Of a stretch of DNA of 64,000 nt, positions 63,246-64,000 are shown one piece after another. Position 1 is the stretch's first letter, and each line of letters opens with the position of its first letter. Source of the stretch: Tubiluchus corallicola (lineage: Eukaryota > Animalia > Priapulida). A program made the position numbers and the translations under genes. The notes below the pieces were generated by a model. It was not told the origin of the DNA, did not search any database, and saw only the letters and a list, made by a program, of their open reading frames with translations. Location of the stretch: NCBI GenBank assembly GCA_030141605.1, contig JAQGDQ010000172.1, positions 124,001-188,000 of the forward strand, written 5' to 3'.

Positions 63246-64000
63246 CTGAACTAAACGCCCCCACTAGTTTGCAAGTGTCGAATAATGAGTAAATTATCCA
63301 CCCGTGACATTTTCTAAATTGCTTCGTGGTTTCATAAGCGCTCATTAATTATGTCAGACAATGAAACCATTTACTGATAACAAAACTAATAAATGCTTCA
63401 TTAGCACCCGCTTGCAAATAACAGCTGCATAATGACACAAAATAATTAAACACATACAAATTGTGTCAATTAAGTCTCGTCGGCACATAATGCACTTTGT
63501 TGAGCTTATTTTTTGGGTTCTTGATGTTTACGGTCTAGTAATTGTTGTGTTAATGAAGTGACTTATTGAAAATTTTGTCTTAGATGATTAAATAATATAA
63601 CTTTACATTACTGCTTCGAAAAATGATGAAAATATTATATAAGATGCTTTTAATCCTAGTTTCAGATCTCTCGCCATTTTTAACTCACACAAGATGATAA
63701 ATTTGAAAAACGTAAAGCCAGAAAGTGAAAAATCTAAGGGCATCTGTAGAACATTCTAATAGTATGACGTCAATTCTTTGCATTTTTCGAACTCACTGGA
63801 TTTTATCGCATAATAATGAAACAGTAATTTAAAAGCATAAGCATTTGATTATAATTAAATCCACAACCTAATAATAAAGTAAGCCATCTCTAGGCTTGGG
63901 TTGTGTTTGCGTCAGTTGTTCGTTTCAAAATTCTTACTACATTTTAAAGTTAGAAGAAGTTCACCATACTAGAATAAGAGTTGGTTTTTGTCAACTTAAT

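Overview
AT-rich genomic DNA from an invertebrate animal (probably a protostome; the species cannot be identified from this window). Three protein-coding loci were reconstructed by hand-splicing. (1) The last six exons of an ANKLE2/LEM4 orthologue (+, 1..4898). (2) A complete two-exon Hand bHLH gene (-, 24030..23500 joined to 18763..18653, 213 aa); the ORF track misses its second exon (KGRTGWPQQVWAMELQQ). (3) The terminal exon of a probable allatostatin-C/somatostatin-family neuropeptide precursor (-, 42796..42554; KR-FGAIYQRPQRNRYSVRCLLNPITCFGHNRYY*), whose signal-peptide exon was not securely located. The rest is gene-poor, with candidate cis-regulatory blocks, decayed RTE-X/CR1-like LINEs, Penelope-like tails carrying hammerhead relics, tRNA-derived SINE heads, MITE-like elements, an Academ-like remnant, local duplications and microsatellites. 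Family assignments rely on remembered motifs, not database searches, and repeat boundaries are approximate. I did not find a clearly new multi-gene system. The best leads are the atypical AstC-like peptide, a cluster of CRE palindromes near its possible 5' end, and a nearly perfect 218-bp duplication of a promoter-like block.
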